A stretch of 27,710 bases of DNA, taken from contig JAWOBN010000077.1 in assembly GCA_046484245.1 (NCBI GenBank), forward strand, positions 1 to 27,710, given 5' to 3'. The DNA is from a bacterium. Lineage in GTDB: Bacteria > Hydrothermota > 32-111. Positions 1-12,107 of this stretch are shown piece after piece (the stretch's first letter is position 1; each line of letters begins with the position of its first letter). The position numbers and the translations under genes were made by a program. The notes beneath the pieces are model-generated. The model did no database searches, was not told the DNA's origin, and worked only from the letters and a program-made list of their open reading frames with translations.

Positions 1-59
1 CAATCTGCTTAGGGAAAATGTACTCCTCGTAAAACCCCACAGATAAGAGACCGCGCGGT

Positions 60-110
60 TTGAGCGAATACCAGAACGGGTAGAACGCATAGAACGAGTA
101 GAGCGGATAG
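60..110 (+). repeat. Degenerate 9-bp tandem repeat (TAGA(A/G)CGNN)
   Basis: Units cagaacggg(72-80) tagaacgca tagaacgag tagagcgga(99-107) tag, plus an offset unit ttgagcgaa at 60-68; the same unit recurs at 27664-27708. Confidence 0.85.
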
Positions 111-155
111 GAGAAGAAGATAAAAGAAAGACCGGCTTACTCCGGGTTGATAATG

Positions 156-176
156 AATGGTTTATGGTCAATAGTC
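156..176 (+). repeat. Short degenerate 7-bp tandem repeat
   Basis: aatggtt / tatggtc / aatagtc, three units. Confidence 0.45.
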
Positions 177-199
177 ATGTGAATAGCAGCTATGAAAAA

Positions 200-234
200 A
201 CGGAAACCGCATTACGCAAAACGCATCACGAAAG
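200..234 (+). repeat. Degenerate 7-bp tandem repeat (ACGCAWW-like)
   Basis: acggaaa ccgcatt acgcaaa acgcatc acgaaag, five units in exact 7-bp phase. Confidence 0.7.
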
Positions 235-237
235 TAT

Positions 238-263
238 GTAGGGGTTCAACAATTTGAACCCTA
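238..263 (+). repeat. GTAG-family REP-like hairpin
   Basis: GTAG tetranucleotide directly followed by stem GGGTTCAA(242-249)-caat-TTGAACCC(254-261); matches the GTAG-plus-palindrome architecture of REP elements, with a decayed 3' CTAC. Confidence 0.65.
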
Positions 264-329
264 ATCCAAGACCCAAGCTATCAGTCACAAACAACTTAAA
301 TATATTATTAAATTCCGCGCAAAGATTTG

Positions 330-466
330 GGGACGGTGGTTAATTTTGTCAATTTAACTTTTTGGTAAACACAATTATCTCATAACATAGAATGTCCGTA
401 AATAAATCAATCCCATAAGTTAAGTAATATCGTGCGACTTAAATTGACAAAATTAACCACCGTCCC
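330..466. mobile_element. Long inverted-repeat element E1 (REPIN/MITE-like, non-coding)
   Basis: Perfect 28-bp inverted arms GGGACGGTGGTTAATTTTGTCAATTTAA (330-357) and 439-466 around an 81-bp AT-rich spacer; no target duplication seen. The repeat is certain; mobility is inferred. Confidence 0.75.
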
Positions 467-500
467 TTGATTCTCTTCTGCATTGAACTAAACAGATTGC

Positions 501-528
501 TTGACAGGAAAATCTGGAAAGATATAAT
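501..528 (+). promoter_or_regulatory. Sigma70-type promoter for the 620-2565 cassette
   Basis: TTGACA (501-506), 16-bp spacer, TATAAT (523-528). Confidence 0.7.
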
Positions 529-619
529 AAAATTATAATTTGACAAGGATTTTTTATAAATGAGAGTGGTTTCTAAATTTCTTATGATTATAAGCATTTA
601 TTCAAACAGGATATGATTA

Positions 620-1264
620 ATGATATATAGATTTGTATTAATTTTTTTTATTTCAATTTCTCTATTATTCTTGAATTGCCTAACTATGTCTTATCATTCC
701 CCAAGGGTTGTTGACCCGAATACATTTCAAATTGGAGGAGGGCTGTCTGTTTCGCCTTGGCTTAATAATTTATATGGTCTAGGAGGGGAAATTTTTATGA
801 AATATGGGTTCTCAGGTGGATATGATTTTGGAGTACACCTCAATACCCATTCTTTCCCAGCGGGTATAGGATTATCTGCTAAGAAACAGTTTAATCCAAA
901 TATAAATCTTATTGATGCTGTCAATTTTGAATTGGGTGGAATATATAGCTTTAGGATTCCTATTCTTACAATAGAGGATGAGATTTTTGCAGGCATTAAT
1001 TTACTCAAAGACGACTTTGCAATTCAAATCAGAGTAAAAAAGGGGAAGACAATACTAGTGCCCATGTTGATCGGAGATGGAGAAACGCATACTTATGGGA
1101 TTGATGAAATTAGTTTAGGGATATTTTATGAATTAAAGCGCAATAACAATAATTTACTTTTTGTAATTAATGGCGCCTATAGACGTGAAATAGATAAAGA
1201 TAATCAGGAATTACTCTATCCGAGTATAGGCGGAGGAATAAGTTATTATTTCAATATTAAGTAA
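620..1264 (+). CDS. Putative exported/outer-membrane beta-barrel-like protein, possible lipoprotein; paralog of 1924-2565
   Basis: 214 aa; hydrophobic N-terminus ending LFLNC; Gly/aromatic alternating strands; C-terminal GGGISYYF; clear similarity to the third ORF. Confidence 0.75.
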   Translation: MIYRFVLIFFISISLLFLNCLTMSYHSPRVVDPNTFQIGGGLSVSPWLNNLYGLGGEIFMKYGFSGGYDFGVHLNTHSFPAGIGLSAKKQFNPNINLIDAVNFELGGIYSFRIPILTIEDEIFAGINLLKDDFAIQIRVKKGKTILVPMLIGDGETHTYGIDEISLGIFYELKRNNNNLLFVINGAYRREIDKDNQELLYPSIGGGISYYFNIK

Positions 1265-1279
1265 TAGGAAAATATTCAG

Positions 1280-1927
1280 ATGAAAATGATATCTAAAATC
1301 TCTGTTATTATCTTGATGATTTTAGTGTTTATTCAATTAAATGCATTTCCAGTCCCGTCGTATTCGTACTCAACCACAAGGCAGGGGCAACTGCAGATAG
1401 GACTGGGGCTTTTCAGCGGTGTGAGTGTAACTGAAAACATTATAAACCGTAACTTTTATCAGCCCTACATAAAATACGGTCTCCCTTATGATTTTGACAT
1501 GGTATTTGGTTTTCATTTGAATAAGGATGTCTATGAAGAATCCAGTTCAAATAGAATATTCATGAGCATTGGATACGGTTATTCTCTGAAAAATAACATT
1601 CTTCAAAAAATAACTGCACGTCTCTCTTATGGTTTTAGTTCTGAGAATCAGGAATATATAACTGTAGCTCTTGATGGAAAGATAAAAGCAGTTAATCTAT
1701 CAACAGGATACAGTTACTATTATACAACCTACCCTTCACCATATAGTGCAAAGTGTGTATTCATGAGATTGGAGATGAAATCACCTGACCGACTGATAAA
1801 TGTTAATCCCTATTTATTGATGCAGTATGAATATGCCTTTGATAAGTGGGATTATTCTCATAAGGCAATAGTAGTGGGTGGAGGATTCAGCCTATACTTA
1901 AATCTTCTTAAGAGGGGTGAAGAATGA
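1280..1927 (+). CDS. Putative exported/outer-membrane beta-barrel-like protein, distant paralog
   Basis: 215 aa; signal peptide (..IQLNA); shares QIGxG, KYG-x3-(Y/F)D and terminal GGG(F/I)S-x-Y motifs with both neighbours. Confidence 0.72.
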   Translation: MKMISKISVIILMILVFIQLNAFPVPSYSYSTTRQGQLQIGLGLFSGVSVTENIINRNFYQPYIKYGLPYDFDMVFGFHLNKDVYEESSSNRIFMSIGYGYSLKNNILQKITARLSYGFSSENQEYITVALDGKIKAVNLSTGYSYYYTTYPSPYSAKCVFMRLEMKSPDRLINVNPYLLMQYEYAFDKWDYSHKAIVVGGGFSLYLNLLKRGEE

Positions 1928-2565
1928 AACCTAAATTAGGTCTGATTCTTATAATATCAACCTTTCTATTATTCACAAATTGTCTTACAATGACTTATCA
2001 TTCTCCAAGAGTAGTTGAGCCGAATACATTCCAGATTGGAGGGGGTGTGTCAGCAGCTCCAATGTATGCTGATATGTACCGGCCTGCTGCAGAGATATTT
2101 ATGAAATACGGGATGCCCAATGGATTTGACCTTGGTGTTCATCTCAATACAAGTTATCTTCCAGATGGTATAGGTTTATCCGTAAAAAAACAATTTGATT
2201 TTGATAAGCTTTATCTTGATGCTGTCAATTTTGAGTATGGCATGACAGGTAACGGTATTTTCCCATCGCTATTGTCTTACGGTGAATTCTTTGCAGGAAT
2301 CAACATTATTAAGGGTGATTTTGCACTTCAATTCAGAGCCAAACAAGAAGAAACGACTCTATACCCATTCATGATTGACCCAAGAATATTCAATATGGTA
2401 GTTAATGAGTATAGTATAGGTTTGTCCTATGAACTCTCTTTGTATAATCATAACATCCTGTTATTTGTACGTGGAGAGTATCAGAATGAATATGAAAATG
2501 ATGGAAGTTTTGAGCAAAACACAGGATATGGCGGAGGAATAAGTTATTATTTCAATCTAAAATAG
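1924..2565 (+). CDS. Putative exported/outer-membrane beta-barrel-like protein, possible lipoprotein; paralog of 620-1264
   Basis: 213 aa; LFTNC then LTMTYHSPRVVEPNTFQIGGG, nearly identical to ORF1; ATGA overlap with the upstream gene; SD GAGGGG. Confidence 0.78.
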   Translation: MKPKLGLILIISTFLLFTNCLTMTYHSPRVVEPNTFQIGGGVSAAPMYADMYRPAAEIFMKYGMPNGFDLGVHLNTSYLPDGIGLSVKKQFDFDKLYLDAVNFEYGMTGNGIFPSLLSYGEFFAGINIIKGDFALQFRAKQEETTLYPFMIDPRIFNMVVNEYSIGLSYELSLYNHNILLFVRGEYQNEYENDGSFEQNTGYGGGISYYFNLK

Positions 2566-2726
2566 AAAGCCTACCTCCAACAGTGACAATTGCCGCCACA
2601 ATAAATCCGATTCAGTTAATTGATCAGAGAAATTATTCCAATGTAATTAACAATACACTAAGATATAGTATCTATCAGTCCTATAAAAAAAGCCATCATC
2701 CTCAACTGATTTATCAAAAGAGCTTT

Positions 2727-2888
2727 TCCAAATCCCAGGTCCGGTAGTTGCATAGGTTGCAGAAAAGTCGAAAAGCATAATATGTAAATCAATAAATAAC
2801 TAAACTTATATAGATTTTGAATGTGGAATCCATAAATTAAGCGATATTAGTTGTGCAACCTATGCAACTACCGGACCTGGGATTTGGA
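2727..2888. mobile_element. Long inverted-repeat element E2
   Basis: Perfect 35-bp arms TCCAAATCCCAGGTCCGGTAGTTGCATAGGTTGCA (2727-2761) and 2854-2888; 92-bp AT-rich spacer; no target duplication. Confidence 0.8.
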
Positions 2889-3005
2889 TGATTGTTTTGG
2901 GGATGGGAGGGTGATAAAAATGTAATGCGGAGCGAATGGTTTTCAGCATTATTGCATCTGTATTGATATGATGATTAAATCACTGATTTATCCATTAACT
3001 TCTTA

Positions 3006-3033
3006 TTGACATAAAACTACAATATTATATAAT
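3006..3033 (+). promoter_or_regulatory. Sigma70-type promoter of the ATPase operon
   Basis: TTGACA (3006-3011), 16-bp spacer, TATAAT (3028-3033), 34 nt before the first ATG. Confidence 0.75.
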
Positions 3034-3067
3034 TCTGTTCTAATAAATACAATCAGGAGTTGGGGTA

Positions 3068-3375
3068 ATGGAAGATATAATAAAAGAGATAAAGGAAGCT
3101 GAAAAAGAGGCGGACGATATTATTGCTTCAGCAAAAAAAGAGAAGGATGAGATTCTTGACAAGGCAGAGGTTGAAGCCAAGAAGATAAGGAATTCCATTG
3201 ATGATGAGAAGAAGAAGATCATGGAAGAGACACGGGAAAATGCCCGCAAGGATGCACTCACTGAAATAAGTGAGATGGAGCAATCCTATGACAAGATACT
3301 CCGGGAAGTCAAGAAACAGGCAGAGAAGGGAAAAAAGGAAGCACTTAAAAAGATGCACAAGAGGATATTTGAGTA

Positions 3376-3376
<1 letters not shown>
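3068..3376 (+). CDS. V/A-type ATPase peripheral stalk subunit H/G (NtpF-like)
   Basis: 102 aa K/E-rich coiled coil starting IIKEIKEAEKEAD; first gene of the operon, TAATG-coupled to subunit I. Confidence 0.85.
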
Positions 3377-5876
<2,500 letters not shown>

Positions 5877-5885
5877 GGCGGGTAT

Positions 5886-6473
5886 ATGACTGAAAAGAGC
5901 AATGTAGCAGACAAGATACTGTCTGATGCTGCTGAAGAGAAGAACAGTATAATAGAGAAGGCAAAGAGAGAAGCTGAAAAGACGGTGTCTGAGGCACAGA
6001 AAGAGAAGAAGAAGAAAATAGCTGAAATAGAGAAGAATGCAGAGGATGCATACAGGAATGTATATGACACAGAGGTGATGAAAGCGGAGTACGGCTTCAA
6101 GCAGAAGGTGCTCTCATTCAAAATAGATTTTATTGACAGCCTGCTGGATGAAATAGAAGAAGACCTCAAGAATTACGGCAAGAAGGAATTGAAGCAGTAT
6201 CTTGATTCACTCTTTGCAGGGAGTGACTTCAACAAGGGTGAACTGATAAAGGGCAAGAAGGAAAAGACATTGACTTACAAGGAGATAACAGGTATTGCCT
6301 CAAAACACGGCATAGACCTCAAGAAGGCAAAGGGCAGTGCTGATTTTGACTACGGGTTCAAGATAAAGAGCGGCAGGGCTGTGATGGATATCTCCCCTGC
6401 AGACATATTCCGGTCAAGGAAAGAGGAATTCAAAATAGAGCTCTCCAAAATGATATTCCCCAAGGAGGACTGA
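5886..6473 (+). CDS. ntpE: V/A-type ATPase subunit E
   Basis: 195 aa; N-terminal coiled coil (DKILSDAAEE) with globular C-terminus; position between K and C. Confidence 0.88.
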   Translation: MTEKSNVADKILSDAAEEKNSIIEKAKREAEKTVSEAQKEKKKKIAEIEKNAEDAYRNVYDTEVMKAEYGFKQKVLSFKIDFIDSLLDEIEEDLKNYGKKELKQYLDSLFAGSDFNKGELIKGKKEKTLTYKEITGIASKHGIDLKKAKGSADFDYGFKIKSGRAVMDISPADIFRSRKEEFKIELSKMIFPKED

Positions 6474-7493
6474 TTGTTGTTAAAGGATTATGATATAGCT
6501 GATGATGCTTATTATCTCTTTACCTGCGGCAATCTTGCTCAGAGGGAGAAGGAATTCCTGGATAAATCAAAGATGGACAGGCTTATCGGCGCAGGGAGCA
6601 TAGAGGAGTTCTACAGGGTTCTGCAGGAGACCTATTACGGCAAATACACTGAGGCTATTCAGAACAGGGAGCCGTTTGACAAGATCATGGCAGTGGAGAA
6701 TAACAGTATTATAGAGTTCCTCAGGGACAGCCTCAAGCCGGAGCATCAAATCCTCAAGGAGTTTTATCTTCTGAGAATAGACCTTCACAATATCAAGATA
6801 GTAATGAAGGCGGATAAACTGGATAAGGATTTTGAGGATATATTCATTGAGAGGATGTATTCATACTCTCAGCTGAAGGAGGCATACAAGAACAAGAAGT
6901 ATGAGAACATAGACCCCGAGACAATAGAGGTCCTTGAATATGCCCGCAGTATTGAAAAGAATGAGGACAATCAGCGCATCATAGAGCTCAAACTGGAGCA
7001 ATTCCTCCTCTCAAAGATGTATGAGAGTATAGAGAAGACGGGAATGAAGATGCTGATTGATTTTCAAAAGCACACTATTGATATGCTCAATATAAAGAAT
7101 ATATACAGGGCAAAGGTGGCAGAAGAAGAAATCAAATTTGAGGAATTTTTATATGACAATGGTTTTCTCCCTGTGAAGGAACTGAAGAAATTTGAGAATG
7201 AGTCCATTGACTACCTTGTGCAGTATATTGAAAAGACGCATTATCTCAAGATGATATTCCAGGGCACACAGATGTTCAACACAGAGCACACATTCGCTGC
7301 ATTTGAGAGGAATGAGGATGAATTCATACTGAGATTCTTTGACCAGGTCAAATTCACTGTTGCCAATCTGGAGAAGATAGCGGCATTTATAATGAAGAAG
7401 CGTCTGGAGATGAAGAATATCAATATCATATACACAGGCGTTCTATATGACCTGGCAAGGGAAAGGATAAAACGAAGGGTGGTCTCTCTATGA
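6474..7493 (+). CDS. ntpC: V/A-type ATPase subunit C (d)
   Basis: 339 aa; TTG start (6474 or 6477) after AGGAGG; repeated D-x-x-N-I-K motifs (DLHNIK, DMLNIK, EMKNIN); operon position. Confidence 0.9.
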   Translation: MLLKDYDIADDAYYLFTCGNLAQREKEFLDKSKMDRLIGAGSIEEFYRVLQETYYGKYTEAIQNREPFDKIMAVENNSIIEFLRDSLKPEHQILKEFYLLRIDLHNIKIVMKADKLDKDFEDIFIERMYSYSQLKEAYKNKKYENIDPETIEVLEYARSIEKNEDNQRIIELKLEQFLLSKMYESIEKTGMKMLIDFQKHTIDMLNIKNIYRAKVAEEEIKFEEFLYDNGFLPVKELKKFENESIDYLVQYIEKTHYLKMIFQGTQMFNTEHTFAAFERNEDEFILRFFDQVKFTVANLEKIAAFIMKKRLEMKNINIIYTGVLYDLARERIKRRVVSL

Positions 7494-7819
7494 AGGATGC
7501 AAGAATAGCTGCAATTGGCGAAAATGATGTAATGCTTATATTCAAGGCAATAGGTGCGGACATATATCCCGTGCAGTCTGCTGATGAGGCAGGCAGTATA
7601 TTGACTGAGACAGTCAAGAGCGGCAAATACGGGATTGTGTTCATAACAGAGTCCATTGCAGAGAAGATAGATGATATAATTGTTAAATACTCAGCCAGGG
7701 TTCTGCCCACAGTACTGGTAATACCGGGTCTGGGCGAGAAGAATCAGTATGCTTTGTCACGCCTCAAGAAGGCGATAATCAAAGCAGTTGGCACTGACAT
7801 AATATCTCAAAAAGAATAG
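7490..7819 (+). CDS. V/A-type ATPase subunit F
   Basis: 109 aa; IAAIG, FKAIG, GIVFITE, LPTVLVIPG, IIKAVGTDI motifs. Confidence 0.94.
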   Translation: MKDARIAAIGENDVMLIFKAIGADIYPVQSADEAGSILTETVKSGKYGIVFITESIAEKIDDIIVKYSARVLPTVLVIPGLGEKNQYALSRLKKAIIKAVGTDIISQKE

Positions 7820-7827
7820 GAGATTAA

Positions 7828-9609
7828 ATGAAAAAGAAAGTCGGCAGAATTGTAAAAGTATCAGGTCCCCTTGTTATTGCCCAAAACATGACAGGCTCAA
7901 AGATGTACGATGTGGTATATGTTTCCGAGCATAAGCTGATGGGGGAGATCATAGAACTGGACGGGGATCTTGCCTATATTCAGGTGTATGAGGAAACAGC
8001 AGGCATTGGTGTGGGCGAACCGGTCTATCTGACAGGTGAACCCCTCTCAGTAACCCTGGGCCCCGGGCTCATTGAGTCCATATATGACGGTGTACAGAGA
8101 CCCCTTGACCTGATATACGAGCAATCGGGCGATTTCATACCCCGCGGTATTGCAGTGGATCCGATTGACAAGAAGAAGAAATGGAAATTCAAGGCAACAG
8201 TTAAGAAGGGTGACAGTGTGACAGGCGGAGATGAGATAGGAGAGATCAGGGAGACAACACTTGTCAATCACAAGATAATGGTGCCCCCCGGTATTGAAGG
8301 AGAAATAGTGTCCATCAAATCAGGGGAATTCAATGTTGAGGAAACCATTGCTGTTGTCAAGACAAAAGAGGGCAAAGAGAATATACAGATGATGCAGAGA
8401 TGGCCTGTGAGAAAACCGAGGCCGTACAGGAAGAAACTGCCGCCTGAAATACCGCTCTTTACGGGGCAGAGGGTCGTGGACATGATATTCCCCCTTTCAA
8501 AGGGGGGAACAGCATGTGTTCCCGGACCATTCGGTTCAGGCAAAACAGTTATACAGCATCAGCTTGCCAAATGGGCCGATGCTGAGATTATTGTATATAT
8601 AGGATGCGGGGAGAGGGGCAATGAAATGACGGATGTGCTTCTGGAATTCCCCGAACTGATTGACCCCAAGTCAGGCGAACCGCTCATGAAGAGGACAGTT
8701 CTTATTGCCAATACATCCAATATGCCTGTTGCAGCGCGTGAAGCATCCGTATATACAGGCATTACAATTGCCGAGTATTTCCGGGACATGGGATACTCCG
8801 TAGCACTCATGGCTGATTCCACATCAAGATGGGCTGAGGCAATGAGGGAGATATCGGGTCGTCTTGAGGAAATGCCCGGTGAAGAGGGCTATCCCGCATA
8901 TCTCGGTGCGAGAATAGCATCATTCTATGAGAGAGCAGGAAGGGTGTCCACACTCTCATCAAATGATAATGAAGGGGCGCTCTCTGTAATAGGCGCTGTA
9001 TCACCTCCGGGCGGAGACCTCTCCGACCCTGTTGTTCAGGCAACACTGAGGGTTGTCAAGGTCTTCTGGGCACTTGAGGCAGAACTTGCCTACAGGAGGC
9101 ATTTCCCCGCAATTTCATGGCTCAATTCATATTCTCTTTACATTGAAAATATCAGGGATTATGTCACGGAGAATGTTGCAGGGGATTTCTTTGAGCTCCA
9201 GGGCCGGGCAATGAAGATACTTGAAGAGGAGTCTGAGCTGGAGGAGATAGTCCGGCTAGTAGGCGTGGATTCACTGTCAGGCAATGACCGTCTCATACTG
9301 CTTACAGCAAAGATGTACAGGGAGGACTTCCTCCATCAGAATGCATTCCATGAAATAGATACATATTCCTCAATTGAAAAACAGCACAAGATGATGAGTG
9401 TTATTGATTATTTCTATGAAAGGGCAAAGGAATACCTGCAGAAGGGTGTTGATATTGAGGATATTGAAAACATGAAGGTCAGGGACAATATTGCAAGGAT
9501 GAGATACATCCAGCAGGAGAATATAGAGAAGATAGACAAGGTAAAGGATAAGATAGAGGATGAATTCAAATCCCTATTAAAGAAACAAACGGGGGATGAC
9601 AATGCTTAA
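7828..9609 (+). CDS. ntpA: V/A-type ATPase catalytic subunit A
   Basis: 593 aa; Walker [38 protein letters not shown]. Confidence 0.99.
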   Translation: MKKKVGRIVKVSGPLVIAQNMTGSKMYDVVYVSEHKLMGEIIELDGDLAYIQVYEETAGIGVGEPVYLTGEPLSVTLGPGLIESIYDGVQRPLDLIYEQSGDFIPRGIAVDPIDKKKKWKFKATVKKGDSVTGGDEIGEIRETTLVNHKIMVPPGIEGEIVSIKSGEFNVEETIAVVKTKEGKENIQMMQRWPVRKPRPYRKKLPPEIPLFTGQRVVDMIFPLSKGGTACVPGPFGSGKTVIQHQLAKWADAEIIVYIGCGERGNEMTDVLLEFPELIDPKSGEPLMKRTVLIANTSNMPVAAREASVYTGITIAEYFRDMGYSVALMADSTSRWAEAMREISGRLEEMPGEEGYPAYLGARIASFYERAGRVSTLSSNDNEGALSVIGAVSPPGGDLSDPVVQATLRVVKVFWALEAELAYRRHFPAISWLNSYSLYIENIRDYVTENVAGDFFELQGRAMKILEEESELEEIVRLVGVDSLSGNDRLILLTAKMYREDFLHQNAFHEIDTYSSIEKQHKMMSVIDYFYERAKEYLQKGVDIEDIENMKVRDNIARMRYIQQENIEKIDKVKDKIEDEFKSLLKKQTGDDNA

Positions 9610-11134
9610 AGAATATAAAAGTGTTATAAACATATCCGGACCCCTTATGCTCATTGAGGGTGTTGAGGGAGTCAAATACGAGGAGATCGTTGAAATATCA
9701 CTGCCTGACGGTTCAAAGAGAACAGGCCGCGTGCTTGAGGTGAACAGGGACAAAGCCCTCATACAGGTCTTTGAGGGAACAACAGGCATTGATGTTGACA
9801 GGACAAAGGTCAAATTCCTCGGCAAGGGCATTGAACTGAATCTCTCTGAGGATATGCTCGGCAAGGTCTTTACAGGCCTTGGAAAGCCCAAGACAGAGAG
9901 TGACAGGATAATCCCCGAGATGAGCCGTGATATCAACGGTTCTCCCATCAATCCGTTTGCGCGGAATTATCCCAATGAATTCATTCAGACAGGCATATCA
10001 TCCATTGACGGCCTCAATACACTGGTCAGGGGACAGAAACTGCCCATATTCTCAGGCTCCGGTCTGCCGCATAACAGAATGGCTGCCCAGATTGCCAGAC
10101 AGGCAACTGTTCTCAAGTCAGAGGAGTCCTTTGCTGTTGTATTCGGCGCAATGGGCATCACATTTGAGGAATCGCAGTTCTTCATCAATGATTTCAAGAA
10201 GACAGGTGCAATAAACAGGTCTGTGCTCTTCCTCAATCTTGCCGATGACCCGGCAATTGAAAGAATAGCCACACCGCGTGTTGCACTGACATGCGCAGAG
10301 TATCTTGCCTTTGAGAAAGGCATACATGTGCTTGTCATACTGACGGATATTACCAATTACTGTGAGGCATTGAGGGAAGTGTCTGCTGCAAGGAAGGAAA
10401 TCCCCGGAAGAAGGGGGTATCCCGGATATCTCTATACAGACCTTTCAACAATTTACGAGAGGGCAGGCAGAATAAAGGAGAAGGAAGGGTCCATAACAAT
10501 GATACCCATTCTTACAATGCCTGAGGATGACAAGACGCATCCCATACCCGATCTTACGGGCTATATTACAGAGGGGCAGATAATACTGTCAAGGTCACTG
10601 CACAAGAAGAGAATATCTCCGCCTGCTGACGTGCTGCCGTCACTCTCCCGTCTCAAGGACAAAGGCATAGGCGCAGGCAAGACAAGAGAGGATCATGCTG
10701 ACCTGTTCAATCAGCTCTATGCTGCTTATGCGCATGGTAAAGAGGCAGAGGAACTGGCTGTTATACTGGGAGAAGCTGCTCTTTCAGATATGGATAAACT
10801 GTATCTCAAATTTGCTGAGAATTTTGAGGAGCAGTATATTTCCCAGGGTGAATACGAGAACAGGACTATTGAAGAGACACTGGACCTCGGATGGAAACTC
10901 CTCTCCATATTCCCCAAGGGCGAGCTCAAGAGGGTGCGCGATGAGTTTATTGAGAAGTACTATATGAAGGCAAAGGGCAAGACACCTGAAACAGAAGAGG
11001 TGGAAGAGGACTACGCTGAAGGCAAGGAAGATGAAGAGCCCTCCGGCAGTGAGAATAGCAAAGAGGAAAAAGAGGGAAAAGAGGAAAAATCCCCTGAAGA
11101 GGAAAAGGGAAAAGACGAAAACAGGGATAAATAA
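9602..11134 (+). CDS. ntpB: V/A-type ATPase subunit B with charged C-terminal extension
   Basis: [48 protein letters not shown] 9602 preferred over 9596 because of spacing from the GGGGG SD. Confidence 0.99.
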   Translation: MLKEYKSVINISGPLMLIEGVEGVKYEEIVEISLPDGSKRTGRVLEVNRDKALIQVFEGTTGIDVDRTKVKFLGKGIELNLSEDMLGKVFTGLGKPKTESDRIIPEMSRDINGSPINPFARNYPNEFIQTGISSIDGLNTLVRGQKLPIFSGSGLPHNRMAAQIARQATVLKSEESFAVVFGAMGITFEESQFFINDFKKTGAINRSVLFLNLADDPAIERIATPRVALTCAEYLAFEKGIHVLVILTDITNYCEALREVSAARKEIPGRRGYPGYLYTDLSTIYERAGRIKEKEGSITMIPILTMPEDDKTHPIPDLTGYITEGQIILSRSLHKKRISPPADVLPSLSRLKDKGIGAGKTREDHADLFNQLYAAYAHGKEAEELAVILGEAALSDMDKLYLKFAENFEEQYISQGEYENRTIEETLDLGWKLLSIFPKGELKRVRDEFIEKYYMKAKGKTPETEEVEEDYAEGKEDEEPSGSENSKEEKEGKEEKSPEEEKGKDENRDK

Positions 11135-11757
11135 TGATACAGCAGAATGTCAATGCAACAAGAATGGAGCTTCTTAATCAGAAGAAGCGCCTCAAACTGG
11201 CAAAAAGGGGGCATAAGCTCCTCAAGGACAAGCAGGATGAATTGATGAGGCAGATGATGCTCCTCATTGACGAGGTTAAGGAACTTAGGGTGAATATTGA
11301 AGAGGAGTTTCAGTCCATACTTTCCGGATTTATGCTTGCAAAGGCGGAGATGGAGAGGGATGAGATAGAAGAGGCACTGGCAATGCCTCAGAAAGAAGTG
11401 ACACTGGATGTTGAAGAGAAGAACCTCATGTCTGTAAAAGTGCCCCGGTTTACAAAGAATGTGAAGGGTAATATCATATCCTACGGATACATGAATACAA
11501 CAGGTGAAATGGATATTGCCCTGATTGAATTTGATAAATTCCTTGAATCACTCTTTGAACTGGCTGAAAAGGAAAAGACAGTGCAGCTCCTTGCTGATGA
11601 GATAGACAAGACGAGGAGGAGGGTCAATGCACTGGAGTACAAACTCATACCCAATCTTGAAGACACTATTAAGTATATTACAATGAAACTGCAGGAAATG
11701 GAAAGAGCCACACTGACGCGCCTTATGAAGGTGAAGGACATTGTGAGGGAGCATTAA
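11134..11757 (+). CDS. ntpD: V/A-type ATPase subunit D
   Basis: 207 aa; NATRMEL, RGHKLLKDK, KTRRRVNALE. Confidence 0.98.
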   Translation: MIQQNVNATRMELLNQKKRLKLAKRGHKLLKDKQDELMRQMMLLIDEVKELRVNIEEEFQSILSGFMLAKAEMERDEIEEALAMPQKEVTLDVEEKNLMSVKVPRFTKNVKGNIISYGYMNTTGEMDIALIEFDKFLESLFELAEKEKTVQLLADEIDKTRRRVNALEYKLIPNLEDTIKYITMKLQEMERATLTRLMKVKDIVREH

Positions 11758-12095
11758 TGGAATTCCTTATATTTGCCTCTACAATACTGCTTGTTAAATC
11801 ACTGAGAAACAATGAGGGTGAATTGTTCAATGTGCCCCATTATCTCAATATACCACTGGGCACAGTAATGTTCTTTATGTTCATACGCTTCTTCATCGGC
11901 GGCTTCCCCACACTGCTGCATTCAATAGTGTCAATTATAATTGCATTTATCTTTCTTGCTGATATAATCAAGATACTGGCTGCAGGAAAAAAAGATACAA
12001 TAGAAACAGCCGGCAGGATAATAAGGGGGTTTTCGCTCCCCATAGCTGCTGTAGGCATTATCCTGGGTTTTATCGGTCTCTTTATAAAATACTAA
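11757..12095 (+). CDS. Small hypothetical membrane protein
   Basis: 112 aa, 3-4 hydrophobic segments; TAATG-coupled to subunit D. Confidence 0.75.
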   Translation: MEFLIFASTILLVKSLRNNEGELFNVPHYLNIPLGTVMFFMFIRFFIGGFPTLLHSIVSIIIAFIFLADIIKILAAGKKDTIETAGRIIRGFSLPIAAVGIILGFIGLFIKY

Positions 12096-12107
12096 AACGG
12101 AGGAATC

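Noticed and set aside
1..46. Possible 3' end of an upstream gene (..NLLRENVLLVKPHR*)
   Set aside because: Only 14 codons visible; cannot be supported.
60..466. CRISPR array
   Set aside because: No 23-50 bp direct repeats with unique spacers and no cas genes; only 7-9 bp tandem units and inverted repeats.
620..2565. Diversity-generating retroelement template/variable repeat pair
   Set aside because: Shared DNA patches are short, differences are not adenine-specific, and no reverse transcriptase is present.
2727..2888. Hairpin elements as intrinsic terminators or integron attC sites
   Set aside because: Loops of 80-90 nt and no U-tracts; no RYYYAAC/GTTRRRY core sites at the ends and no integron integrase.
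7828..9609. Intein in ATPase subunit A
   Set aside because: Normal length; sequence is continuous through GSGKT and GCGERGNE, the usual insertion points.
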